Assembly (NCBI GenBank): GCA_964035545.1
Contig: OZ037767.1
Location: 11,666,581-11,730,580, forward strand
Origin: Bugula neritina
Lineage: Eukaryota; Animalia; Bryozoa
Direction of reading: 5' to 3'
DNA length: 64,000 nt
Shown: piece by piece, positions 1 to 13,100 of the stretch
Numbering within the stretch: position 1 is the first letter of the stretch
Layout of the letters: each line of letters begins with the position of its first letter
The notes under the pieces: generated by a model
Told to the model about the DNA's origin: nothing
Seen by the model: the letters and a program-made list of their open reading frames with translations, nothing else
Databases searched by the model: none
Made by a program: the position numbers and the translations under genes

Positions 1-597
1 ATATTATGCCATCAATGTAAGATGTGTAAGAGTGTGACTGTAACCATTCACTGCTGCTGACAACATATGATAGCTTTAATCAAGAGCATAAAATAAATCA
101 ATGCATGACAACTCAAACTCACAATTATAGTTAGACTTTTGTATTACCATAATAGAAGCTCAATGTGTTATAGTCCATACGCTTTATGTCCATACCTGAA
201 GTTAGCTATATGAATATTAGATAGAATTAGGTATTATAATTTAAAATATTGAAAATAGCATCCCAAAATATAAAATATTAATTCTTCAAAGGCCATAAAA
301 GTTATTTATATATTTTGTAATAAAGTAAGTTACTATATTATCTTCACAGTAAGCTTTAATCTTAACCAAATTTTAACCATTAGAAACAATCTGCTGTTTG
401 AAAACTCCAAAGGATCTAACATAATGCTGCCATGATGAAGTAGCATAGAAGTGTAGTTTCAAGTGTGGGAGTGTGCAGAAAAACTCAGCTTGGTCATATG
501 AGCACACTCACACAAGTTTAGAGTCATCATCTCTGTAAGAAAACTCCTGATGGAAGAGGTTTGTGTTTATAAAATAGGTAGGTTAAGGACTTATTGA

Positions 598-730
598 AAT
601 GGGGCACATTAGCAATTGTATGACTGGACGCTCTTCCTAATATCGCTAGTGGCCTTTGTCAGGGGTTCGAACCCACGACTTCGTGTTTATCAAGCAATAA
701 CACTTTAATTCCTAGACCACGGCTGCTACC
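598..730 (-). mobile_element. tRNA-derived SINE-like repeat
   Basis: Minus strand reads GCCGTGGTCTAGG (A-box-like) ... GGTTCGAACCC (B-box), followed by a body AGGAAGAGCGTCCAGTCATACAATTGCT. Degraded copies of this body recur at about 26190-26260, 29210-29270 and 33545-33665. Confidence 0.65.
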
Positions 731-1167
731 TCAGTCATATAAAGCTGAGTATAAATTTCACCTCACTTATCATAATTTACTTAAACTATTATTAGTTTAA
801 GTTCAAGCTTACAAATTATAGAAATGGTGGAGCATGAAAAGTCTTACCAGTATCAATGCAGTATAGCTGATTGCAATGTATTATTATGACAAAATTACAG
901 AGTTCTTTATACTGGTTATAACTTTGAAGTTATAGCATTGTATATAATAGACTTTGCTCCTATGTTATAAGACAACTAGATAATTCAAAAGCACAATGCC
1001 ACTTGGATTATTATTGGTCTTCAATATAATACAATTGTGTAATTTAGGAGTTGTCCTTTTTCGGAAGTTAGTTAGAGACATTATAAGTCTAACGCACGCC
1101 TGCACATTGTAATACAAGAAAATACAAAGTTTCGAAACAAGCTCTGTGTCTTGTTTACAGTTTATAT

Positions 1168-4100
1168 ATGGCGCGCAATTTACCTCTTGCGTTAACCGTA
1201 ACTATGGCAATTAATATTATAACCTTCAGCTGGGTTATTTTTCGAAGTGATCTAGTCCCACTCACTAGATTTTATTTCGTTTGTGTTTCGTATCTTGTGG
1301 TTTTTCTACTTTTCCTAAGCTGTTACAAGTGTAAAGGATTTTTGTATTTATAATTTAGGTTCAAATGCAGTCATTCAAAGCGTTTCTGTTCTTCAATACA
1401 GTTATCCTGTTCAACTTCCAGGTCATGGTTAAACTTGAAGTTGATGCTTTGCTCACCAGTGCTAGTAGTAGCAGCAGCAGTATCACTATCAGTAGTACTC
1501 CGTCTTCTGCTACTGATTCTATTTCTGGTAATGGTATTGTAATACAGCACTTGAACAGTCGGCGAAATCTTCACCGAAAGTCTGCTGGTCAAAGCTTTAC
1601 TCAAGGTACTGGTCGTGTTACTCATAGTCATAGTGATAGTCATACTGTTAGTTTTAATAACATTAAATAGAATAATTGTTATAAGCCTCAGGTTTAAGTA
1701 ATAATAAAATTAATTAATTACGATGATCATGGCGTAGTGAATTTGCAGTTCACTGTAAAGTTGTTGTGAGTTTTAGCACAATTATCAAGCGTGGATTGCC
1801 TGCGTATTTAATGTCAATTTAACTAGCAACTACTAATAGAGCTTGCGTACGATAACCTTTATTTAACTCGATAGACATAGTTATAACATCACATCAGAAT
1901 ACCACAATACATCAATCAATTATAAACACATGTTACTACTACGAGTCCCTGCTCTCAACAACACATGGTTTCTGCTAGCTAACCCGCGCACAGTCACTTG
2001 ACCGGAACCTTGCCTTCCGGTCCCTCTGATTGGATAGTAGAACATAGTTATAAGTATTCCATACAAGAGGGGACGACCCCATTATTATACTACGTAATCC
2101 CATTACACCGCCCCCTCCAGCAGAAAGCCCCACTTTCTGATAAAAACAAAATAGTATAATAATGCAAAATGACATAAGTAAGGAAAATCCACAAAGAAAA
2201 AGAAAAGAAATATCAAACGTACGACATATTTATAAGTAAGATAAGGAGACGGCCAACACACAGCTGGCCAGCTACAGAGAGAGAGATCTGGATCGTCACA
2301 CAGATCGGTCGTTAGCAGATCAAGCATTTACATGATCACAATGTAGTACCACGAGGATATGCAGAGTGGAATCGCCAACTTCCAGCTCTTAGTTTTGCAG
2401 GGACTGGATCCGGTGTCGTGCTTGTCGTGCCCGTAATCTACGCTTGAGGCGTCCCACTGAGCCCTTTAGTTCACTAAGGCTCATTGTAGTGCTGAGTAAG
2501 TCGGGGGCCAATTGGGTGAATTCATCCTGCAGTCGTAGGAGTCTTTCCTCAACAGTTGCTAGTCGGTTAGGCCTAGTTGGAGTTGGCGTCGCTTCTTCTG
2601 GAGTCTGATGCTTCCATGGGGGTGTTGTCTGGCCGAGGTATGATTGCAGCGACCGTTTTCACCATAGGGGATTTCTGACGGGCGGCTGTTAGCAGTGTAT
2701 AAAACCCGGAGGATAATGCGGCCCAGGTCAAAGCCTTCTTAACCACTGGTCTGACGGCTTCTAGATACTGGTCGTAATTGTCCGCGTCCACTACATAGCC
2801 CTCGCCTGCGAAACAGTCCATCATATGTGCCACGACGGGGTATGGGTATACGTCGTGAAATCTACACGGACAGAAGCGTAGTAGGAAGTGTGCATTCACA
2901 TGCAGCCGTAATCCTTGGTGTGAGGGAAGCTCTTCGTAACACACATGGCAGGTGTGCTGTGACCTACTCGGTCCCCAGGCTTCTTCAATTTGCCGCTCCG
3001 TCCGTCGCGACACCCATCTGTGTCTTCGACGCAGCACCGCGGGCAGTCCGTTGTCCATTTCCGGTCCGTTATCCAAGGAGGAGAGGGGGTGTAGATCTTG
3101 TGACCCAGAGATGGTCGATCGAGTGTGATCTGCAAGAGTATAACAATATAAGCGGGTACACTGAGTACAGCCGGCGTATACAGCCTGGTAGGTACTTAAC
3201 TCAATTGGACACTCGTGAGACTCAGCTAATGAATAGTTGATCGAAAACACACACTGCTGTAACAGACCGTTCAGTCTTAGAGTCAATGTGAATTCCCACC
3301 ACTAAAAATCATTACCGAGTCTCCAGCTTATTCTGTTACAGTTAAGCTGATTAATACAGTTTAGTCCTCGTACCAAAAACATAACTAACTCACCTCTCGA
3401 TTCTTGGCAAGCCATTGTGAATGAGAGTGGTATGTTTATGATTTCTACGTACGTCTACTCAAAGCTGTATCAATGTGATGAAAGAGCGAGCAGCGTAGTT
3501 GTGAAACGTGGCTAGGACTTATTACCTCCGGTGTATGAATCTCGTTTGAGATTCCGCCGAAGCAAAAGTTGATATTCTCGTGGTGTTCACAACTCCCACG
3601 TCTTGCTCTCTTCCCCGTACGGTACCTCGTAGGACGTTTGACCGCACCCTGAACGGCACGTGGTAAGTCCTTGAGATATGCGGGGGTTTGTCCAGAACAC
3701 CGTTTTCGAGGTGTCGTCACCAACCAAGGCGGTTTACTCACCAGTGGACAGTCACGTCTCACGGGTGGTGCCTCCAGCCAGTTTGTGACAAATGGAGCTT
3801 CCCCAGCATCTCCGTACGGAGCCCCTCTCGTGGGGGGGTTTTGCACTTCCAGGTCGGTTTCTGACCTAGGAAGTGGTGGCGGCAGCTTGCACGCTGAAGG
3901 CGGTGAGCGCACTTCCCTGAACGGGTGTGGCTTTTCCTGCCTCGCCACTGCTTTGGGTTGCATCCTGGGCGGTTTGTCGACCAGGTCAGCAGTCTCCGTC
4001 TGCCCGAGCCCTTTTGCAGTTTGCCTTCGCCGCCCCACCTGGTCAAGAGGGCGGCCGTGCTTACTGGCCCGGCAGACTCCACACTGCCGAACTCTGCGCC

Positions 4101-7100
4101 GTACTTCACGCTCCATGTTAGGCCAATACCACCAGAGTTGTAGTTCGGTAAGCACCTGTTGGGCTCCCCCGTGAGCCTGTTGGTGTACCTCTTCTATCAA
4201 CTCTCGGCGGATGGCGGCAGGACAGAGGGTCTTCTCCTGGTCTGGCTGGTTGTGGTTAGCGGCCAAAGATATGGTCAATAGACCATCCGGCCCGATCCGC
4301 AGTGCGTTCCAACGTCGGCAGTACAGCTGCCACTCGGCGCAGCCCTGCTTCCGTTGTTTGTCACTGGGTCGTCGCCCTTCTCGTTTTATTCGATAGACGT
4401 CGGCTACCACCCCCGGAATATGTTCCTGGAGGTGTCGTAGCTCCTTGACGCCATCGGTTGAGACGGGTTCGGCGTGGGGGTCTTGTGCCACCTCTGGGGG
4501 CATGTCAGGGTCCCCAAGATGAGGTGTAGCCTCGGTTTTGTGTAGTAACGTGGCCGTCTCTTGGCGCTTCTCGTTATCTACACAACCGGATTCTCCCCCA
4601 CGAGTCCCCTGGCCGTGTGGGGCGTGGGGTGAGGCAGTCCTTCGCCCTGGAGACGGGCTCTCTAGAGGACTTCCCATCGCGGTTTCCCGCGATGGCCTGC
4701 TGTTATCTTCTTGAACAGAATGAGTACAGCTTGGTGGAGAGGTGGGTGGTAGATTCACCGACTCCGAGGGGGAGTGGAGGCATGGCACCGAGGTCTTTCT
4801 TCTCCGTGTCAGCTGGTTAGAGCTGCGGACAGGTTAGACATTCGGGTGCGCCCTCTCTACAGCTCCCGGCTTGGAGGTACGGCCACCGTCTACCTGGCGG
4901 TGGACGGTGTCCCGGGAGTGGCCGGGCATAGTACAGGTACGTACTATCGGCTCTTCTCCCGTCAGGGGATGGCCAAACTTATCGACACAGGCGAGCTCCC
5001 GGCCGCCCATAAACATCGCAGATTTGCCAAAATCGATGCGACACCCGTGTCGTTGTAAGAATGGCATCCCAAGAATGGCGTCCTCTTGGAGCTGTCTGAC
5101 TATGAACCTCTCCTGGATGGTCTGGTTACGGACGCTCCCAGGGAGTTCAATGATACCGTAGAAGGGGATACACGACCCGTCTGCCAGGGTGCCATGATCG
5201 CCTTCGTACGGTCCCAACCTGCTTCGGATTTGAGCACTGAGTGTGTCGAAGAATCGACGATCCAGGAGGTTGGTGGTGCAGCCCGTATCTAACAGGAATT
5301 TGGCCGGCTTGCCGGCTATCTGTCCTGGTAAAAGCAGGCTGCTCTCGTGAGGATGTAGTGGTATCTTGGGTGACCTCATCTCCCTCGCCTTGGCGGAGGG
5401 GTTAGGTTCCTGACGACGACTGGGGACCAGCTGTCGAGGGGGTGGCGCCACGCCTTGCGGCGTTTGGGCTTTTTCCCTCGCAGACTCTGCGGTCCGTCGT
5501 TTGTCGAACCTGTTGCGGGGTGGCATTGAGAACACCGGCGGCGAGCGGCTTGTACAGCCTGCTTGCCGTCCTGGTGGCCGTTCCGCGAGGTCCCGGACGG
5601 GTGTCCGGCGTGGCGGACGCCACTGTGTCCTCCCTTGGGGTTTTATCGGCGGCCCGCCGGAGGTGGGAGCATCCGCGGGCCGTCGTAGTTTAACCCTGGT
5701 TGAAGTTGGGGACAGTGTTTCTGGAAGTGTCCTGGTCTTCCGCACTCCCAGCAGGACGGGTGTCCTCTACCAGGCGACTGCACCGGTGGCCCGTCAAGCT
5801 CACGGGTAGTGTCTAGCTGGCTTAGAGGGGCCAAGGCGGAGACCAGTTCGGCTAGCATGTCGGTCATTTGTGCGACCTTCGATGCCACCGTCATCTGCGT
5901 CACCTTGGCCACCGCTGGAGTTTCCGCGTTAGAAGCGGTAGGAGCAGCGGAGAGCTCCATGTCCACCTGACGAGAAGTCACACGGTTCCGGTGCAGCTGA
6001 CTGGCCAGAAGGTAAGCTTCCCCTTCTGCAAGCGCACCTTCGACCGTGGTGACTCCCCTCGCCAGGAGTTGGTGATGGAGTCTCAAGTCGTTGATGGATT
6101 GCACGAAGGCATCATAAGTGTACCTCTCACGGTTTACTTGCGGCAGATCGCGGAACGCGATCTGCGCCAGCCTCATTACCGTGGTAGCGTGCTCTTGTAG
6201 CGGCGTGTGAGGGTCACGCCGCAGTCTTTGGAGACGGGCCCGCGCATCTACAGCGGAGATACCAAAACGGGCCCGCAGGGAAGCAAAGATCCCGTCGATG
6301 TCTGGTCCCACTCCGTATGGCTTGGCTTTGTCTGACAGCGCCATCCGGAGCTTGAGCAATGCTATTCGGGGTGGCCACTGTGCAACCTCCATTACATCTT
6401 GGAATTCCTGAACGAATTGCTCCACCGGCTCCTCACCTGAGAAGGTGGGCACCCTCAGCCGGTACTTCTCTTCATAACATTCCCTATGCACTCGCACTTC
6501 TGGTTCTATAGGTATAGCAACGTTATCTTCCTCACCTTCATTCCTCCGAATGGGTAGCTCCGTGCCTCTTTCTGTCATCTTGATATACGCGAAATCCCAC
6601 CGCTGCCACCACTGTTGTGAGTTTTAGCACAATTATCAAGCGTGGATTGCCTGCGTATTTAATGTCAATTTAACTAGCAACTACTAATAGAGCTTGCGTA
6701 CGATAACCTTTATTTAACTCGATAGACATAGTTATAACATCACATCAGAATACCACAATACATCAATCAATTATAAACACATGTTACTACTACGAGTCCC
6801 TGCTCTCAACAACACATGGTTTCTGCTAGCTAACCCGCGCACAGTCACTTGACCGGAACCTTGCCTTCCAGTCCCTCTGATTGGATAGTAGAACATAGTT
6901 ATAAGTATTCCATACAAGAGGGGACGACCCCATTATTATACTACGTAATCCCATTACAAAGTATAATGTGTGGATCTACTTATTCAAGCTACTTCACCAG
7001 GTTTATCACGATTATACAGAGTTTATTATTTATGAAAGATACAGCAAATAAAACTACTACACTAATTTACACTCTTACATAATACAGAGCAATCTATGCA

Positions 7101-10100
7101 CTACTACTCAATAACAAGTCCCAAGCTGCTCTGCCCGGCTAGCTGCCTAGCGTGCTTCCAGTATACGTAGATAGCTCCGCCTAGTACTAATTAGTAGTCA
7201 CTCTCGATTGGCTAGCACTAGTGGTACCATGTCGACTAGGCAAGATGTTGTCGACTAGGCAAGATGTTGTCGACTAGGCAAGATGCTGGCGGCCTCCACA
7301 GTTGGCCACCACAATAGCATGACATAGAGTCGACCCTTTCGATATACTCATAGGTTAACTAATTGCATTATTAAAATCCACTACACTCTCCACACCTATC
7401 GAAAGGTACACTTTATGATTTAATACAGACATTGGAAAATTACTAATAATACAGAAAAATAAAAAAAGATACATGACAGTATAATAGAAAATATATATAC
7501 ATAAATGTGTACGCACTACTTAAATGACAATATGATGTGGTACCAGCCTATTTACTTCACGATACCAGTCCACGAGTCAGGTAGTTTATTATTCTCCACA
7601 AGGTCGTACCAACGGTCCTTGTATACCTTGTAAGAAGAACTGGAATGGACACTCGTCCAGTCAGAGTCAAGCACGCGTCTCGCCGACGCCGGTGATCCAG
7701 AAGAATCAAGCATGGCAAAGGAAAATTCCCCTAAGGAAAAGGGAGGGGATCGTCACCATATCCTTCCTTGTATTGTGATGTCGCACACCAGCAGTCCATG
7801 CTGATAAGTAGGCCCAAGACCCCGACAGGGGAAGAAGCGCCAGCAGTTTACGCTAATTAGTCAGTCAAATACCGAAAGGGGAAGAAAGCGAAGGGGGGGG
7901 TATAGAGTTCGTCCTCAGACTATTTCTTCTTTCTTTTATTGAAGTGGGAAGGGGGGCACCATCTGCCACGACAGCCACCCGATCTGCTGTGATGACTACA
8001 GGAATCAAGTGAACGACGACAGGAGGAAAATGAGAGGTGACTGCGTGACAGTGGTGCCAGGAGAAGAAAGTGCCCGCTCTTCATTAAAGTCTCACCTGCA
8101 ACAGAATACCAGAATCTGTTGTAGGGGTTTTCACCCGGTCAGTACGACACCGACGACCAAGTTACACAGTCTATCAACCCACTGATTATCTAAATCATAC
8201 GGGCGACTGTCTTACTACACGTCGTCAGTGAAATCATCTGACTAGAAAACCAACTTCATCGTTATGATAAAGCGAGACTGATTTTATAGCTACTAGAATT
8301 CTACTTAAATAATAGAATTATGCTAGTAGACTTACCATAAGACAGCCTTGACGCCAGTCTACTGTCCACTTAGGCTTGTATTATTGCCATCCTGCCAAGT
8401 ATGTGCTCGCATTATGACAGTTAACATTGAAAAGAACGCTCTGCACAGTGAAAGTGATTAGGGTCATTTTACCTAATTTGGTACACACTGGATATCTTCA
8501 GTTTTTGGCTATTTTTCACAATTCCGTTGGTAATGAACATGGTCTTTTGGCCAAAACTAGTAAAACACCAATAAATACACCTAAATAATCAAAGTTCTTT
8601 TCAATTTTGCTTCATTCCTCATGTTTTTCCCTAATTATTCAGCTAGTTTTGGTTACGGACCGTTACGGTTTTTTCGTAACAGTCGCACATATAGAATATT
8701 AAGTGCATATGACAATGACCTGTGCTTTAATGTTGGGGAATCCCCTCCCAGCCTTTGCTGTTATGCGTAGTTAGAACCAGCACATAAAAATACCATGTAT
8801 AGTAAATTTCAATTGATTTTGGGCAAACTTTAATGTTAAGTCATAAGTTGCTGGTGTGTACTAAATGAAGTAAACTGACTCATTACATAATCTCCGTTTT
8901 CACTAGCGAGCTGGCTTCGCTCTTTTCTATGTCCCCCGGTGGCGTTATTATATTACATATTTACGCCACTGAGTATACAATTCCCAGTTGTGTTCCCTCA
9001 CATTTCAGGATCTCAACTCTCAATTGCTGGTGTGTCCTCGCTGGTGTTATTATATTATAATATATAAATTTACACCATCGAGTCGACAGCTCACAGTTGC
9101 GTTTCCTTGTATCTAAGCCTTGCAACTCTCAACTGTCCATCTCCCCAGATTTCTTTTATGATAGCTAATGGATGTTTTTCCACTGCATCACACAAGAAAT
9201 CTTTCAAATAAGATGGAGGCGCCCTCGTACGTTGACTACGCTCTAACTGTGCTGGGGGGTTTGCTACTACTGGTGACTCTACCACCACGGGTGGTGTCGC
9301 CAGTACGGGGGTCCACCAGTACGGGTGGTGCCTCCCTAGCTGCCTCTTCCTCATGAATTTGAGGAAATACCATCTCATCCGGGATGATAGGCCTGTCGGC
9401 CGGCTCCACTGGTAGTGGGGCCGGCTCGGACTAGTCTATCGGTGTGTCGGCCGCCTCCTCCTGGGGTGGAGGTGGCCGGGGCGGGTCAGTCGGCGTGTCG
9501 ACCGCTCCTTCCTGATCTGGCAGTACCTACTCTATATCTCTATATGCAAGGCCTCGCCCTCTCATGTGAGGGCGTCGCGCAGGCTCTAAGAGTGGAGGGG
9601 CCTGTCCTGCTGCATCAGGGCTCGCCCAGTATGGTTTTAACCGTGCTTCGTTCTGAACTGACACTTGTCCAGAACGTTCCACTTTATATGTGTGATTTGA
9701 CATCACCTCAATCACACAATAGGGACCCACGAACTTCGGCTGCAACTTAGCCGCCTGTCCGCGCTGCCGGCGATGACTGGTCATCCAGACTCAGTCTCCC
9801 ACCTTATACAAGGGGGGGGGGGGTCATCAGAGTCACCACTCCTGACCTGCCATTGCTGCTCACGTAGCACCTCGTGAGCCGTCCTCATGCGCTTCACGAA
9901 CTCGTCCACGTAATCGTGGACGTTGCTCTCTGGGGTCGGAACATGATAGGTTACGTGCTCAGGAACCCTTGTTTCTCTCCCCAGCATGAGAAAATTAGGG
10001 GTCTCCAGTGTACTGGAGTGAGGGGTACTACGGTAAGCTCGCATAATTTGCGGCAGCACCAAGTCCCACTCTTCCTGGCTCCTACCGATAAGTAGGCTTC

Positions 10101-13100
10101 TCAGTGAGTCCCCTAGCATTCGGTTGTTCCGCTCCACAACCCCGTTCCATTGCGGGTGATACGGGGTTATCCGACTCTGGTTTACCCCCACGTTTTACAG
10201 AGATCGCTCATAAGTTGCGACTGAAACTGGGCGCCTTGATCAGAGTGTATCTGTTCCGGCAAGCCGAAATAACAGAACACCTGCTGATCCAAGACTCTGG
10301 CCACCGAGGGGGCCGACGCATCTGGAATAGCCAGTGCATCAGCCCACCGCGTGAAATGGTCAGTTAATACCAGTATCCAGTTATTACCTCTCACTGTTGT
10401 GGGCATGGGGCCTACCAGATCTACAGCAACTACCTGCCACGGACGACCGGCATGGAGGCGGCGCCTCCCTGCGGTCTCAGTGGAGCGGCCATGCTTACTA
10501 GCTTGGCATACCTCACACTTCCGCACCCGGAGCCGGACATCCCGGGTCATACCGGGCCAAAACCACTGGAGTTGAAGACACCTAGTCACCCGTCCAGCTC
10601 CTGCATGAGCTTGTTTATAGGTGTCCCAGATCAACTCCCGCCTCAGAGCAGACGGACAGACTACCCTCTCTCGTTTACAGCGATTGGTGCCGGCTGCTAA
10701 CGTTATCGTCAGCAGCCCATCGCTGTTAAACCGGAGGGAGTCCCAGCAGTCACAGAAGTATTTAAACTCTGCACTTTTCACTCGCTGTTCGACCTCACTA
10801 GGCCGCCGTCCCTCCTTCTTGGCCCGGACTAGGTCAGCTACTACCCCTGGTAGCGTAGCTTGGAGCTGACACAGCTCCTTGACGTTCTTGAGCAGCATGG
10901 GGTTTGCGTGAAGGTTGTTAACAGCCTCATTAAGGGATTTGGACCAAAGTTGTCCTTCCTCCCAGCTGTATACACCCGCTTTCCCCAACTGTTGTTCAAC
11001 GTCCGAGCGAGGGGGTCCACCATCCCTACGCTCTATATTTTGGCATTGCTTACACCCAACTGCCTGTCGGCGGCTGAGCCCGTCGGCATTACCGTGTTTC
11101 TTACCTAGTCGGTGTTCGATCCGATAAGAAAACTCTGCCAGGATTTCCAGCCAGCGCGCCACTTGGCGTGATGGTTCAGCCCGTCGACACAGCCATATCA
11201 AAGACGCATGATCCGTCCGTAGTCGGAACGTACGCCCATACGGATGTGGTCTAAAGTGTTTGACCGCCTTGACTACTGCCAGGAGCTCTCTCCTGGTTGT
11301 ACAGTAGTTCTTCTCAGGCGCCGACAGGGCTTTACTATAGTAAGCCACCACCACCTCGCGACCATCTTGGGCCTGAGACAGCACAGCCCCCACATTGTGG
11401 TTACTGGCATCAGTATCCAAAATGTACTCTTTCGCCGGATCAGGATACGCCAAGATGGGTGCTTCCACCAGGCGATCCTTCAGGTGGTCAAATGCCTTCT
11501 GCTCGGCCTGTGTCCACTGCCATCGCACCCCCTTTGCTGTCAGCCGATTCAATGGCTGTGCAATTCCTGCGAAGCTCGGTATGTACTGACGATAGTACCC
11601 TACCAGTCCCAGGAATGCCCGCAATTCAGGGAGGTCCACAGGAACAGCCCAGTCCCTCATGGCCCGTACCTTCTCGGGGTCGGTGGCGACCCCGTCTCGA
11701 CCAACAACATAGCCCGCGTACTTAACCTCGCGCTGCAGTAACGCACACTTAGAGGGCTTGAGCTTCAGACCAGCAGCTCGAAGTCTGTCAAACATCTCTC
11801 TTAGCCGACTGACATGAGTGTCGAAGTCGGGGGAGATGACAATGACAACATCGAGATATATGAGCAAGGTCTTCCAGTGCAGCCCACTCAGGACCTGCTC
11901 CATGAGTCGCTGGAAGGTGGCAGGTGCAGACGAAAGTCCGATTGGCAACACCTTCCATTTCCAGAGCCCATCCCGCGTAATAAACACGGCCTTGTCCTGC
12001 GCTTCAGGATTCAGGGGCACCTGCCAATACCCGCTTAACAAGTCCAACGTGCTAAAGAACTTGCTACCAGCTAAGGCGTCTAGCGACTCGTCGATCCTAG
12101 GAAGAGGATAAGCGTCCTGGATGGTCAGGCTGTTCAGCCTGCGATAATCAACGCAAAACTTCCAGCTCCCATCCTTTTTCCGAACCAGGACAACTGGAGA
12201 ACTCCAGGCCCCATGACCTGGCTCAATCAGGTCCCGGTTCAGAAGGTCTTGCACCTGTCGGCTCACTTCCCTTTCCTTCTCAGGACCTAACCGGCGGATC
12301 GGCTGCCGGATAGGCACCGTCCCCGCCGCCAGGGGTATTTCATGACAGACAGCCTCAGTCAGACCCATGTCATGATCGCCGCAGCTGAACACGTTTTTGT
12401 ACTCAGAAAGTAGCTGCGCCATTACCAGGCATTCCCGCTTACTCTCACAGCCATCACAGGCATCCCCGTACAACTCTGCTACGTGTTCAGGTACCGGCCC
12501 CCTGTCGTCCCTAGTGGGTATCCTACGGGCTTCGTCCGGCGTTTCCAGCGCGGGCCCAACATCCTCCTCCTGCATGGAGTGGAACTCTCCCACTAGTGAC
12601 CCAGCCGGCAATTCTACCGGCTCCGTGAAAGGATTCATGCACTGGACCAGGAACTCCCCCCGCTCATCCAGTCTATTCAGACTGTTAGCGAGCTGGACGC
12701 CCCCCAGTGCACCTTCCACCACTCCTAAGTCGGATATTTCCCTACAGTTCACTCTGCAGCAAACTGTAGCCCGAGAGCGCCCAGGTACAGTACAACGCTG
12801 CACCACCTGCACTCCCCCCACCAAGGGTCAGCCAAATCGGTCGACACAGGCCAGCTCACGCCCGGCCATCACCACTGCCGACTTGTTAAAGTCGATGTGG
12901 CACCTGTGTCGTTTCAGAAATGGCATGCCCAAGATGGCATCCTCCTTGAGTTGACTGACGATGAAGGTCTTGCTGATCACCTGATCACGGACTCTACCAG
13001 TCAACTCTATTACCCCATAGAAAGGAATACACGACCCGTCCGCCAACGTACCGTGCTCCCCTTCATATGGTTCTAGGCTAGCCCTGTCCCTGGCACTGAG

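Larger units (their letters stand above)
1762..6958 (-). mobile_element. Gypsy element A: young non-autonomous LTR retrotransposon (5197 bp; gag, protease, extra zinc-finger ORF; no RT, RNase H or integrase core)
   Basis: Two 346-bp TG..CA LTRs with one visible mismatch (2019 G vs 6870 A), 4-bp TSD AAGT (1758-1761 and 6959-6962), tRNA-Leu PBS and PPT. Confidence 0.95.

Noticed and set aside
2573-3286. ORF3 as an env gene
   Set aside because: No signal peptide, fusion peptide or TM anchor; it has zinc-finger spacing instead.
10104-12954. Many + strand ORFs overlapping Gypsy pol (also within 3671-6200 and 62024-63768)
   Set aside because: Antisense shadows of GC-rich coding sequence with no motifs.
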